DNA of 60,237 nucleotides, counting the filler, from Bipalium vagum (Eukaryota), in assembly GCA_037834085.1 (NCBI GenBank). It is 3 parts of 3 records of this genome, joined end to end, with 100 filler letters (N's around TTAATTAATTAA, not from the genome) between each part and the next. Parts side by side here need not be neighbours in the genome. Positions count along the whole stretch, not along the records: positions 25,930 to 42,745 come from JBBMKC010092594.1; positions 42,846 to 60,237 come from JBBMKC010068673.1; 1 more part is not named here. The stretch is one strand, 5' to 3'. Below are positions 40,041 through 51,800 of the stretch, piece after piece (position 1 is the stretch's first letter; each line of letters opens with the position of its first letter). The notes under the pieces were generated by a model. It did not search any database. It saw only the letters and a program-made list of their open reading frames with translations, and was not told the origin of the DNA. A program made the position numbers and the translations under genes.

Positions 40041-40479
40041 GTTAGAGTTTTTTTTATTCATTGTTGAATGATTGGTTTATGATGACCAGTCTAATTTTAA
40101 AATCCCAAAACGACTAACTAAATAAAATATTGACATTTATGTTCATATCACTTGGAAGCGTACGGATCGAAAAACTATTTCATGGCGATTCATATTGACA
40201 TCAATATCTTGAACTGCTGTTACCTCACGTTGTTCTTAATCCATGTATACTTTTATTAAACATTTTACGTCGATTCGATGTAAATAATATTTTGATAAAC
40301 CTGAAAGTATGCAATTATTCAAAAATTCAAATAGTCGAAATAAATATAAAATCGAAAAAATTATCGATAAAATCTGTGTATTTATAAAATATTTTTTTGC
40401 TTATTTTTGGATAAATATTTGGTTGTTTAAAATGTTTTTTGTGAATAGGCGGCGAAAAACGTCTAGAGATATTTATATT

Positions 40480-41565
40480 AATATTTTATTTGTGTAAATA
40501 TTTCAATTATTTAAATTTAATAATCACAGCATTAAATTGTTTAAGCAAATTTGACATTTTATTAATAAATAAAATTTGTTTATATTTAGAAATGAAAATA
40601 AATAAAGAAGAAATTCGATATCTTATAAAATTTTATTTCATTAAAGGCAATAATGCAAAGCAGGCTGGGAAAAAAGTCGGTGCACAAGTATGTTGCACAT
40701 GTATCTGATAGAATAGTCCATGAATGGTTCCACCGATTTCGCTCTGGAAATTTCCACGTCAAAGACGCACCATGTTTTGGCAGGCTAACATGTCCAAAAG
40801 TCGATCAAATCATTCAAAAGATGGAGAAAGATAGGCATATTGGCAGCCCTGAAATCATCAAACCGTTTTTAACCATTTAAAGAAATCTGGTTTTAAAAAG
40901 AAACTGGATGTTTGAAATCTGCATGTTTTAATACCGACAATTTTAATGGACCGAATTTCAATATACCAAACGTTGCTGAAAAGAAACTATCGAATCATTC
41001 TTGAAATGTCTTATTATGGGTGATGAAAAGTGGATCAGATATGAGAACAATATTAGAAAACGATCTTGGACAAAGCGTGGTGATATCCAGCAAACCGTTT
41101 TGCATTTGTTGATATTACAAATGAATCATCTACCAAGAAATACTGCAATCAGGTCAAAATGGTGACTCTGTTCTTTACTGTCATTAATTAACTAGAGTAC
41201 AACAGGCAACTGCAATAAAGCGGTCAAAATTGATCAATAGGAAAGGCGTTGTGTTTGACCATGACAACGGAAGACCACGTGTGTCTTTGATGACTCAGAA
41301 AAAATTGAAGGATATTGCACCACCAAACTATCATTTGTTTCGTTCACTGCAGAATTTCATTGATACTGAATTCAAAGGAGCACACCAAAAACCAGTTATC
41401 TCAGTTTTTCAGCGGAAACTTAGAGAATTTTTACAGTGACGGATTTCTGGCTTTACCAAATAAGTGGTCGACCAGGATGGTTAATAAAAAAATTGAATAA
41501 TATATCTTTAATAAGTCTCAATTATTATGGTTTGTGAATCGTCTTAGTTTATTTGACAGACCATC
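40480..41565 (+). mobile_element. Decayed full-length mariner
   Basis: MKINKEEIRYLIKFYFIKGNNA..EWFHRFRSGNFHVKDAP, IMGDEKWIRYEN, INRKGVVFDHDNGRP and DIAPPNYHLFRSLQN. Confidence 0.88.
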
Positions 41566-42306
41566 TTTGTTTCCTAACAACTGATATTTTGATATATTTT
41601 CTACTATTTTTCAAGTATTTGACAATGTCAATATTATTTCACGTATCTGGAAATATTTTTTGGATACAATGATAAAGGTTTTGTCACTCTGAATATGAAT
41701 CAAAATGATTCAAATGATAGATCTATAAAATGATAATAAATCTATGCAACCGTTTTCAAATATTTTAAATCATTATATGGATGATTTTATTTAATTTGGC
41801 ATTTACGTATAAATTTTTTATGTTTTTAGTTTTCACTCATTTATTTTCACAATTTATTTCATTTTTCATAACTTATCAAATATTTTATTCATTGATTTTT
41901 AAAATTTAATTTATAACTAAAAATAATTTAAGTCTTAAACATTCTTCATCAGTAATAATTTAATATTATAACTTAAAATGCACCGAAAGGTCTTTCTTTT
42001 GTATATTACTTTCAATCCTTACTTAAATTACAGAACTACGCTCGTAAATGACAGTCCGTCCTGTTTCTGATGTCATTTGAGGTCAGTGTTACAAAGGTAA
42101 AGAAAAATATGGAAAGCGAATAAATAACAAATAAAAGAGTTATTAATGTATATTGATTCAAATTATTTAAGAATAAGTTCTGATATTTGAACAGTTTCTA
42201 ATAGTTTCTAATTCAGAATAATTAAAAAGCTGATAAAATTTAATTATTATGTATAGCAGTAAATATCACTCATTAATTTAATTACTATATTAATTAATCT
42301 AATATA

Positions 42307-42745
42307 CAGTGAAACCTGCCTAAATCATCGCTTATATCATCGCCAAAGATATCCATAAGTTAGCCTCTGCTGGTTAAATAGCCAAAAACAGATGACAAAT
42401 AACTCAAAGATGTAGTCAATATATGAGAAACTAATCAAATGTCCAAGAGACTTTGTTTTAATGTATCTTACCATAAAACGTATTAATAAAAGTACAAATA
42501 TATATTTAATTTTCAAAAAGACTACAGTGCGCGTAAAAAATCAGTTCACCCCCTATCAAAAATACTAATTTTGATATATATTTCAATTTGCAGTGAAACC
42601 TGCTTAAATTGAACACCATAGTGTCCTTGCTGAAGAGTTCAAATTAGAGAGGTGTTCAGATAATCAAAGTTTTCAAGTTTAACAGGTTACATTACACATC
42701 TGTTTACACTTTTGTTCAATTTTACAAGGTTTTTGAAAAATAAAA
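42307..42745 (+). mobile_element. Cluster of transposon left ends (two pogo/Tigger-like CAGTGAAACCT ends and one Tc1 end)
   Basis: CAGTGAAACCTGCCTAAAT at ~42307, CAGTGAAACCTGCTTAAATTGAACACC at 42591, and CAGTGCGCGTAAAAAATCAGTTCACCCC at ~42525 (same TIR family as 57998-59277). Confidence 0.6.
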
Positions 42746-42845
42746 NNNNNNNNNNNNNNNNNNNNNNNNNNNNNNNNNNNNNNNNNNNNTTAATTAATTA
42801 ANNNNNNNNNNNNNNNNNNNNNNNNNNNNNNNNNNNNNNNNNNNN
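42746..42845. other. Artificial 100-nt scaffold spacer (44 N + TTAATTAATTAA + 44 N)
   Basis: Identical layout to 25830-25929. Confidence 0.95.
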
Positions 42846-42940
42846 TTTATAATTATTTTTATAATTATTTTTATAATTATTTTTATAATTATTTTTATTA
42901 TTATTTTTATTATTATTTTTATTATTATTTTTATTATTAT
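42846..42940. repeat. 12-bp low-complexity tandem repeat (TTATAATTATTT / TTATTATTATTT)
   Basis: Directly visible; it accounts for the NNYK/NNNK pseudo-ORF. Confidence 0.85.
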
Positions 42941-43558
42941 TCTTTTCATCATTCCTGTTTTCATTATAAATTATTATGTCCACTGAATATGATTATCAAA
43001 CTCGCAGTGCGCTGCTCGTCGAAACCTGCAGAAAGACATAATTGCTTTATTAAATAATCACATAATATGCTTCACATAATGGGAAAGTAAAGTTGGTAAT
43101 CGATTGACAAATTCCCAAGATGGATGGAGTATTGATTGATGTTGGGGCTGCATCTGACCACTCCGTACGTTTTCACGTTCAATTAACCGTTTCAAAAAAA
43201 ATCGATTATCATATCAGATTAATAATGAAAATATTTACATTAGTAATATTTTTTAATTTTATTATTATTAATTTTTTTTCCTTCAAAAATTTTCCAAATA
43301 ACGCAATATTTTTGTTGATTAAATTAAATTATTAATTAATTTATTATTATTATTAAAAAATTAATTTGTTTGATTTTTAAATATAATAAAAAGAATAAAT
43401 AAAATATTATTATATATCATAAATTATTGTCATTGATAACAAATCAAAATAATTAATAGAAGAAATAATTATTACTATTCAAGTATTATTAAGTACTATC
43501 ATCGAAATAATAATTATTAATTAATGATAGATAATTATCACAAATAATAATTCTTTAC

Positions 43559-46500
43559 TCAATTTCTTGTATTCTATGATAGCTTCTTCTTGTTCATTTT
43601 CTTTCAACATGTCAATTCTTTGCTCTGCACGTTTCAGTTGAGCCTTCTTCTTTCTGGTTCTTAAGGATTTTGTGAACGACATATGATTGTAAAAGTTTTT
43701 CATGCTCAGCTTCAGCTGGCGAATATTGTCGAACCCCGGCTTGGAAATGAGCACGTACGTGATGAGCAAAATGAAAGAAAATAACGTATGGGCTCCGGCA
43801 ATGCAAATCATATGGATTTTCAATGACGGACTTTGGACCAGTTGTGGATACGGACTGCAACAAAACGAACAAATACTCTCGATGATGTTTATAAATTAAT
43901 TCTTCGAGATGTATCAAAAGTTAAGAATGAAACATTTTTCAAATTTCTTAAAATATAATTAAAATTGCAAAAAAATGTCAAAAAGAAATAAAAAGAAAAG
44001 AAAAGATGGAAAAGGTTATGGTGAAGTAACAAGCTTTTATAAAAGTAATTCTTTAGTGATTCTGACTTTTCTTTTGCAAATAAATAAATAAAACTCAAAT
44101 AACAATATTTTTTGATTTCTTTACTTCATTATAAAAAAAGTAAAATAAAAGTAAAATGAAATTTATATATAATTCTTATATAATTATTTTCAATTATATT
44201 CATATATAAATAAACAGGGTGTGTAAAAAGTAAGTATCTGATTTTTAAGCTGAGCAAAAATTTTATAATTCAATTAAATAAAACTGATTTAAATTTTTTA
44301 ATTAAAAGGCCTTCTAAAATTTCTGGTAATTGTTTAATTGTTTAAATAAATTGAAATATATAACTACTTAATATTTAAATTTCAGATAATGATCGATATT
44401 GATGAACGTATTAGAATTGTATTACTTATGGCTACTTACTCATGGTTCAGTTACATCTGTTAGACGGCATTTGCAACATTTAAAATGCAAAAATATACCA
44501 ACAGCGAGAAGTATGAGAAAGATCTTTGCATAGTTTAAAGAAACTGGCAGTGTTATTGGTATATCGAAATCAAAGATTCAACAATGTGTAAGAATGCTAT
44601 TTCTATTTTTATTTATATTTCTACAAACATTTATACATAATTACGAAGTGTATGAATGTATAGTATAATAATTTTGTAATGAAATAAGTAAATTTAATAA
44701 AAATTATAATTCTTAAAATGTACAAGAAAAATAAAAAATTTAATATTTTATGAAATTATAAAATTCGTGAAATTAAAATTAAAATAAAAGTTTAACTAAC
44801 AGTTAAAAAAGGCAAAAATAAAACCGTGGACAAAAGAATTCAGTAAAACAACAAATGTGATTAGGTAATAAATGGAGATGTTTTTTATTGGTAATTATTT
44901 TTGAAATAAAAAATGTATAACATAAAAATGCACAGTGAACTTTATGAAAATGAAAATGGAGAAAAGATCATTCATTTTGTGATGTAAATTTCTAATTGCT
45001 TTTTTGTCACGAAATCAAAGTAATTATTACAGTAAACCATATCAGTCAGGCAACATTGGGAATTTCAGTTGGGAAAACGAGAAATTTAATAATTGTGATG
45101 AGTGAATTTTTTAAGTCCTTTTATTGTAATTTTTAATTTTTTAATATAAAAATGATAAAAAAGGTTTACTTTGTATTGGAATACGATGTTTTTTTATTAT
45201 TATTTTTTAGGTATTCATCAAAAATACATACCTAAATATTCTAAGTGTTTTGTTTAAATGAAATGATAAGAATAATTGATAGTGTAAAAAAACATAAATA
45301 GTTGATCAATAATTTCAAAATAAATAATACTGATTTTGTTTAAAGTAAGAATTCGATTTTTGAGCTCGGCTAAATATAATCATTAAATATATTCAATTGA
45401 TATTTTTCTAAGAAATTGAATTTACGAAATTTAAATTAGTTTTAATTATTTTAATAAGTCAATGTTATTGAATTTAATTGCAGCAAATTAAAATTGTAAT
45501 GTTTTCCATTGAAGAAAGCGTGCAAATTGTTTTGCTTTTAGCTAAGCTGAAATCGGTCACATTAGTCAAACAGTATTTAGAATACGAAATGAAAAAAATC
45601 AAGCTGTGAGATCAATGAGAAAATGCAAAATCCAAAGAGGTTGGAAGTTTTTTTACGATATTTGAAATCTGGAAGTACATCAATTGAAGATGAAAAGGTA
45701 TTCGAATAACTCAGGTTTTTGACTAAGTATCTGTGAAATCAATAAGAACTGATGCCAGGAAATTTTGAATGAAGTTTCTTGTACAAAAAGATCTTTAATT
45801 TTATTAACACAAGGTACAGATTATCTATAGATTACATGAGGAGAGCTATTCTGACAGATGTGCAATAGGTGATGGTTTAACTATTATTATTCATCTTTCC
45901 CTCATAATGTAACATCACTATACGGGTGGTAACTAGAAATCTGGACTAATTTAATCTTTGCCGAAACAGGAAGTAATTTTTAAAATAAAATTATATTTCA
46001 CATAAAACTTTACTCTAATAAAAATGTATATTTTCATTAATATGCAACAGAGTATGGACAATTGTCGGCCCCATATCCCAACTTTGTCCCGACACCTCTG
46101 CAAACCTCTTGTATCTACTTAGTTTTTACCTTTCACGAGCAAAGTCCTATTCTTTTTTTAAATTGTTCAAAGTTTATGATAGTTTTATATACAATAGATT
46201 TTAAAATTCCAAAGAAATCTTCGATTGGACGACATTATGTAAAACATTTGTAGGATTGTGATACTTAGGCACAAAAGTTATGTCTTAATATTAACAAGGC
46301 TTTGTCCGACCAGAAGACGAAATTACCATCAGAATGATGATCTTTCAGAAAAGGAAAAAAATTAGACAAACATTCCTCCTGGTATATTTTCTGATTGATT
46401 TCCAAACTTCCATCTTTTTAGTTATCACAAGTTAGAAGAAAATCAAATGATATCCAAAATCTGAAAGATATCTTCCAAATGAAGGCAGCCAGATTATCAT

Positions 46501-46747
46501 CAGAAATTGTCAAAAAAATATAAACAACTCTTATAATTTCTTACACAAATAGTAAAGTTACTAGTCTTTCTGTAGAAAAATATTAAATTGTACTAAATAA
46601 ATGTTACTGTGTTAAAACTGTGCAGTGATATGTGGAATCAATTTTATGGTATCACATTTTAAAATCGGACACTTACTTTTTAAAAACCCTGCTGATAAAA
46701 ATAATAATTAATAATTAAAATAATAAATTAGTTATTAATAGATAATA

Positions 46748-46778
<31 letters not shown>

Positions 46779-48794
46779 TAATAATCATAATCATAATAAT
46801 ATGTTCAACCAAGACCAAATTTTTAAAACAAGAGAAATCCAAAACATACTCATTTATTAGAAGAGGGTAAGAATTATTCTTCACAGAATCTTTACTCTTG
46901 AATGTTACTAACATCATAATGTTGAGAGCCAGGCTTAGTAGGATGGGCAGATAATTCCAAAGATACCTACCAAAAACAATCAAAGATTCATGATCATCAA
47001 TAAATTAAATAATCAAATAATAAAAATATCAATTTAAGTGTCTTTTTTTGAAATGTAATTGAGAATTATTGATAAATATAAATAAGAAAAATTTTAATTT
47101 AATTTTCTATTTTTCAAATGAAAAACAGATGAAAAATAAAATTGTAAATCAAAAATTATTGACTGTTAAAAATCTGAAAAATTTTATTTTACATTCCAAA
47201 TATTGTAGAAAATCGATAAATTATGTTTTATAAAAAGTTCACATAAAATAATGTTTGAAGATTTAAATTAACGATTTATTTAACATTTTTATTTAATTTT
47301 TTAAAAAAATATAATTAACATAATGGCAATATTAAAATGTTAATAATTTGTTATTCTGATTTAAATTAAGTTGTTTAAATGAATTTTAAAATAATTAATA
47401 CTTTTTTAAATGAAGAATGAAGAATTTAAAAATAAGTTAATTAAAATAAAAATTTTATCTTTTTTCTATTAATTTAATATTATTTTACAATTTAATTATT
47501 GATTAATTAAAATGTTATATTATTTTTATTTATTTTATTTAGCTTCTATACTTTATTTATAACTTATCAAAATATGTTCAAAGACAAAACAATTCAAAAA
47601 TTTTATCCGAGTTATTTACGTTTTGTAGAAAATTTGTTCAGAGTTGATCAAATCTTTTATCTGATCATAATAATAAATATTTTTTATTGGTGTCATTATT
47701 TTACAATTTTTGAAGTCACGTGACTTTTTGAAATTTTAGATTTCTTGCAAAGCCTGATTAATGGAATTAATGATTAAATAGATATTCAATTTATAGATTT
47801 ATCTGAAATTTAACGGATATATTACATTTAATAAAATATATTTAAGGGATGGACTATTTTATGAATCATAAATTTTTCAGTTTAATAAAAATAATAATTA
47901 ATAAAGATTTTACAAAACTATGAATATCTAAACAGAATGTAGACTTCTGAAAAATGTTTATCATATCTTTCAATATTTTATATTAACTTCACATAGGTTA
48001 TTTTAAATTTTAAATTTTGTTAAATCTTTAAATATTTTACAAAAATTTATGTTTGAAAAAAAGTTAAATATTAATTTATTGACAAAATAGTTCTTGTTTA
48101 ACTAAATATAGATTTTGGTGTGTGTTTTAAGAAAATAAAAACCACTAATTTTTATGTCTCAACTTGATACTGCAGATATTGATATATGTTCAACTTTAGA
48201 ATTTTAAAGGTTTTAGGTTAAAAAATTTGGAACTTAATGTTAAAGGTTATTAATTATGATTAGATTTCTGTGTTCAAGAATAATCATTTCCTTTGAAAAC
48301 ATGATGTGATGTAATTTGATACAGACTTGACAGGTCTAATAAAACGAATGTACACTCCTCCAACGGTCTAAAATTCTGACATTCTTCTATGATATTGATT
48401 AAAATCTACAAAAACTTCAAATAAAAATATTTTGTATTTTAACTTATTTCTATTATTTTATTATTATTATCACTATTATTATATTTATTATTTAAATTTA
48501 CTTTCTGTTATAAAAAAGTAGAATTAATAAAAAAATTAATAAATTAACTTTATATAAATGTTTTGATTTACATATTTAAGACAATAAGTAATACAAAATA
48601 TTGTAAAAATAAAAATAAGTATTAAAAAAATAAAAATATCGAAAACCGATAATCAAAAACTTTTCAAGTGAGTTATATTAAATAAATTGTTTTAATTACA
48701 TTTTATTTTATTTATTTAATATTTTAATAATTTAATTATTTGATACGTTAAGCCCCTCTTTTGCATTTATTATAAATTTGACTGAATCAAATGA

Positions 48795-48831
<37 letters not shown>

Positions 48832-51800
48832 TATGAAAAATTATTTTAAATATAAATAAATAAATAGATGAAATAAAAAATTGAAAAATTCTCAAATTCT
48901 AAATCGAAAATAAGACAGATGTTATTTGGAAAGAAATTTTGAATAAGGTTTCATTTTTTGTTTTTCTTTAATAAATAATATTATTAATAAATTTCAAAAA
49001 AATTGAAAGAATAAAGAAAGATTTTCAAATGGAGTAAAAAGACTGATTATTGAAATTGATAAAAGAATTATTTTTGAATATAAAATAAAATATTTAATTT
49101 TCCTTTTCACTTCCTTTCCTTCGGTTTTCTCGAGTTCACCAACCTTCATTTATCCCTGAACGATGGCCAAACATTAGGCTCTCACTTTCCGAGCTGAGGG
49201 ATTGTGATCCTTTCCTTCAGAAAAAATTTTCCTTTTTCTAAATTTGCTTAATTTAGATTTGTTGAGAGAATTTATTGACTTTCCATCATCAATGGACAAA
49301 GTCTGAAGCGTTTACTGCTTCGCCTAATTGAGAGTTGAGTCGACTCAACGAAGGAAACTCATGTCAAAGGCAAAAATCGAGGACGACGGAGCAAAGAACA
49401 CTGCACGAGACATAACATTTCCTAATAACATTTGACTTTCCTTTCATGTTAAAGACATCATAAATCCCTTTCTCTATTGCTTAGGTGAAACATTAAAAGA
49501 AAATACATTAAATTAGTATTCCTTTTCTCGTTTTGTGCTTCAGAAAATAATAATGATAAAATTAATTAAATGAAAAATATAATTTTATGTAATAAATGAA
49601 TATTTTTAACTCTTACATTCTGTCATTTTAGATTAAAAAAGAAAATTTTATTTTTCTTATTTATTTATTTATTTTTTAATATTATTATTTTTATCATATT
49701 ATTATTTTTTTAATATTATTTTTTTTTATAATTAAACTACTGATAATATTTTATTTATTTTATTAACTGTAATTTCTATAATAATTTTATTAATTATAAT
49801 CATATTATTATTACTATTATTTAATAATAATGTGAAAATTTTATATTAAAAAGTATTAAGAAAAATAATTATATCCCAAATTTCCTGTTAATTTTTAAGG
49901 ATTTTCACCTTTATATTAATAATGTAAAAATATAATTTTATATGATAAATGAATATTTGCAGATCCTAAATTTTAGATTACTTGAACAATTTTTTATTTT
50001 TCTTAATATTATTTTTTATAAATAAACCTGCTGATGAATTTTTCTTCAATTAATGATATTAATCATAATCTCCAATATATAGGAGCCGACAAAATAATTT
50101 TCGTTTTTTCTCGTCAATGAAATCATTTCAAATTTTAATAAAACGTAATTTGAAACATTTGTTTGTGAAAATCTCATGTACAATTATATTAAAAGTGTTA
50201 GCAAACAATAACAAGGCCTAAACATAGTTTTCATCAGATTCAATGACATTCTGGAGATGAAGAATCGTCTGATAATTTGACCTTCGATGTTAACTCCAGA
50301 TATTGGCGGAAATTATTGCCCATCTGTCCTGAATTACTGAAGTTTTTTCTACGTCTGCAGCACTCCTATTTTATGAAGATAAGGCGACCCGTGACGTTTG
50401 TGTCGAGTGAGTATGGTTGCTGTTTTAATAGATGTTTTCCTAAGCAAAATCGAATGAACTTTACTATGTGACGTCTGGCATTGTCATACTGAATGATTGT
50501 TTCTCAAACCGATAGTCTTGTTTGAAATTTAAAAATCATATTCTGTAGGAATTGTAGGCATCTGATGGCATTGATGGATCTACCGTCGTAAAGGATTTCA
50601 AAATACTTGAGTGATTTCCCAAAGTTGCTTGTAACAATATTCAAAACATTGCGATAAGATATTGTCAGCTTAGGAATAGTTGGACGATCACCTGTGACAT
50701 CCACCTAAACACAGTTGCATTCTTTTGGTGGTACGTCTCGAAGGTAAATTCATTTTCCATCGATCACAGTGATCATTTTTTTTCGTCGTTCTTCCTAAAC
50801 AAATATTTAAAAATTCTTGACAGCAAGTGACTCTAACTCTTTTGTTATTATCAATCAAAATGTGACGACTTCTTTCCCATTTCTTCTTTCAATATGCGGT
50901 GAACACTTATTTCTCTTGCTATACCTGAACAACTCAGGGTGCAATCTTCTTCAATGCTCGTTCTTGGTCATTCGGAACCCATTTTTTCTCTAAAAATTTG
51001 TTGTTCTCCTGTTTTTGGTAATCTACTGTACTTTCCGAAGGCTGACTACGTTTTCTGCTCTCCAACTTTCGGCCAGAAATTTGTGGATTTTGGTGGTCCA
51101 AACTTTATTTCGTGTTAAAGTTGCAACAAAGAACTTTATGTTGCATTGCCTTCATATTTCAGACTAAATCAATCAACCAACTGTTATCGATTTATTTAAG
51201 TTTAAACTTAGAACTTATCAGTCTTGTTAATGATTACCTTAAGAAATTTCACTTAAATCTTCAAATACTTTCTTTCTAATAAAAACTAATTTTTTGTCGG
51301 TCCCATATATTTTATTCTTCTGTATTAATCATTATTTTTTAATTTTAATCTTTAATATTATATTAAATGAGAAATATGATAATAAAAACTTTTCTATTAT
51401 CACTATTTTTTAAAACTAATAATATAAAAATAAAAGTTTATATTAAGAAATATTAAGAAAAATAATTATCTTCAAATTTCTTATTATATTAAAAGATTGT
51501 TAAATTTATATTAATATTGTAATTATTATCATTATTAAAATATTATAATTTATATAAAAAAATTTTATATAAATTTTAAAAATTATAAAAATTCCTATGT
51601 TCATATAATGCTAAATATTTATGGAAAATTTTGTTTCTTAAATAGAATTTTTTATAAAACTGATAAATAATTTAAATTGAAATCTTATTTTAAGTTCAAA
51701 ATAATAATAATGATAAAATTAATTAAATGAAAATATAAATTTAGATTATTTAATTTAGAATATTTAATTTTCCTTATTTTTTTAAAATATTATTTTCTTT

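Noticed and set aside
48290-48410. Possible extra ITPR exon (TGTAG acceptor, open frame)
   Set aside because: Exons 56919 and 46966 already join in phase with the expected W-TM1 sequence; this frame has no channel motif and ends in a stop.
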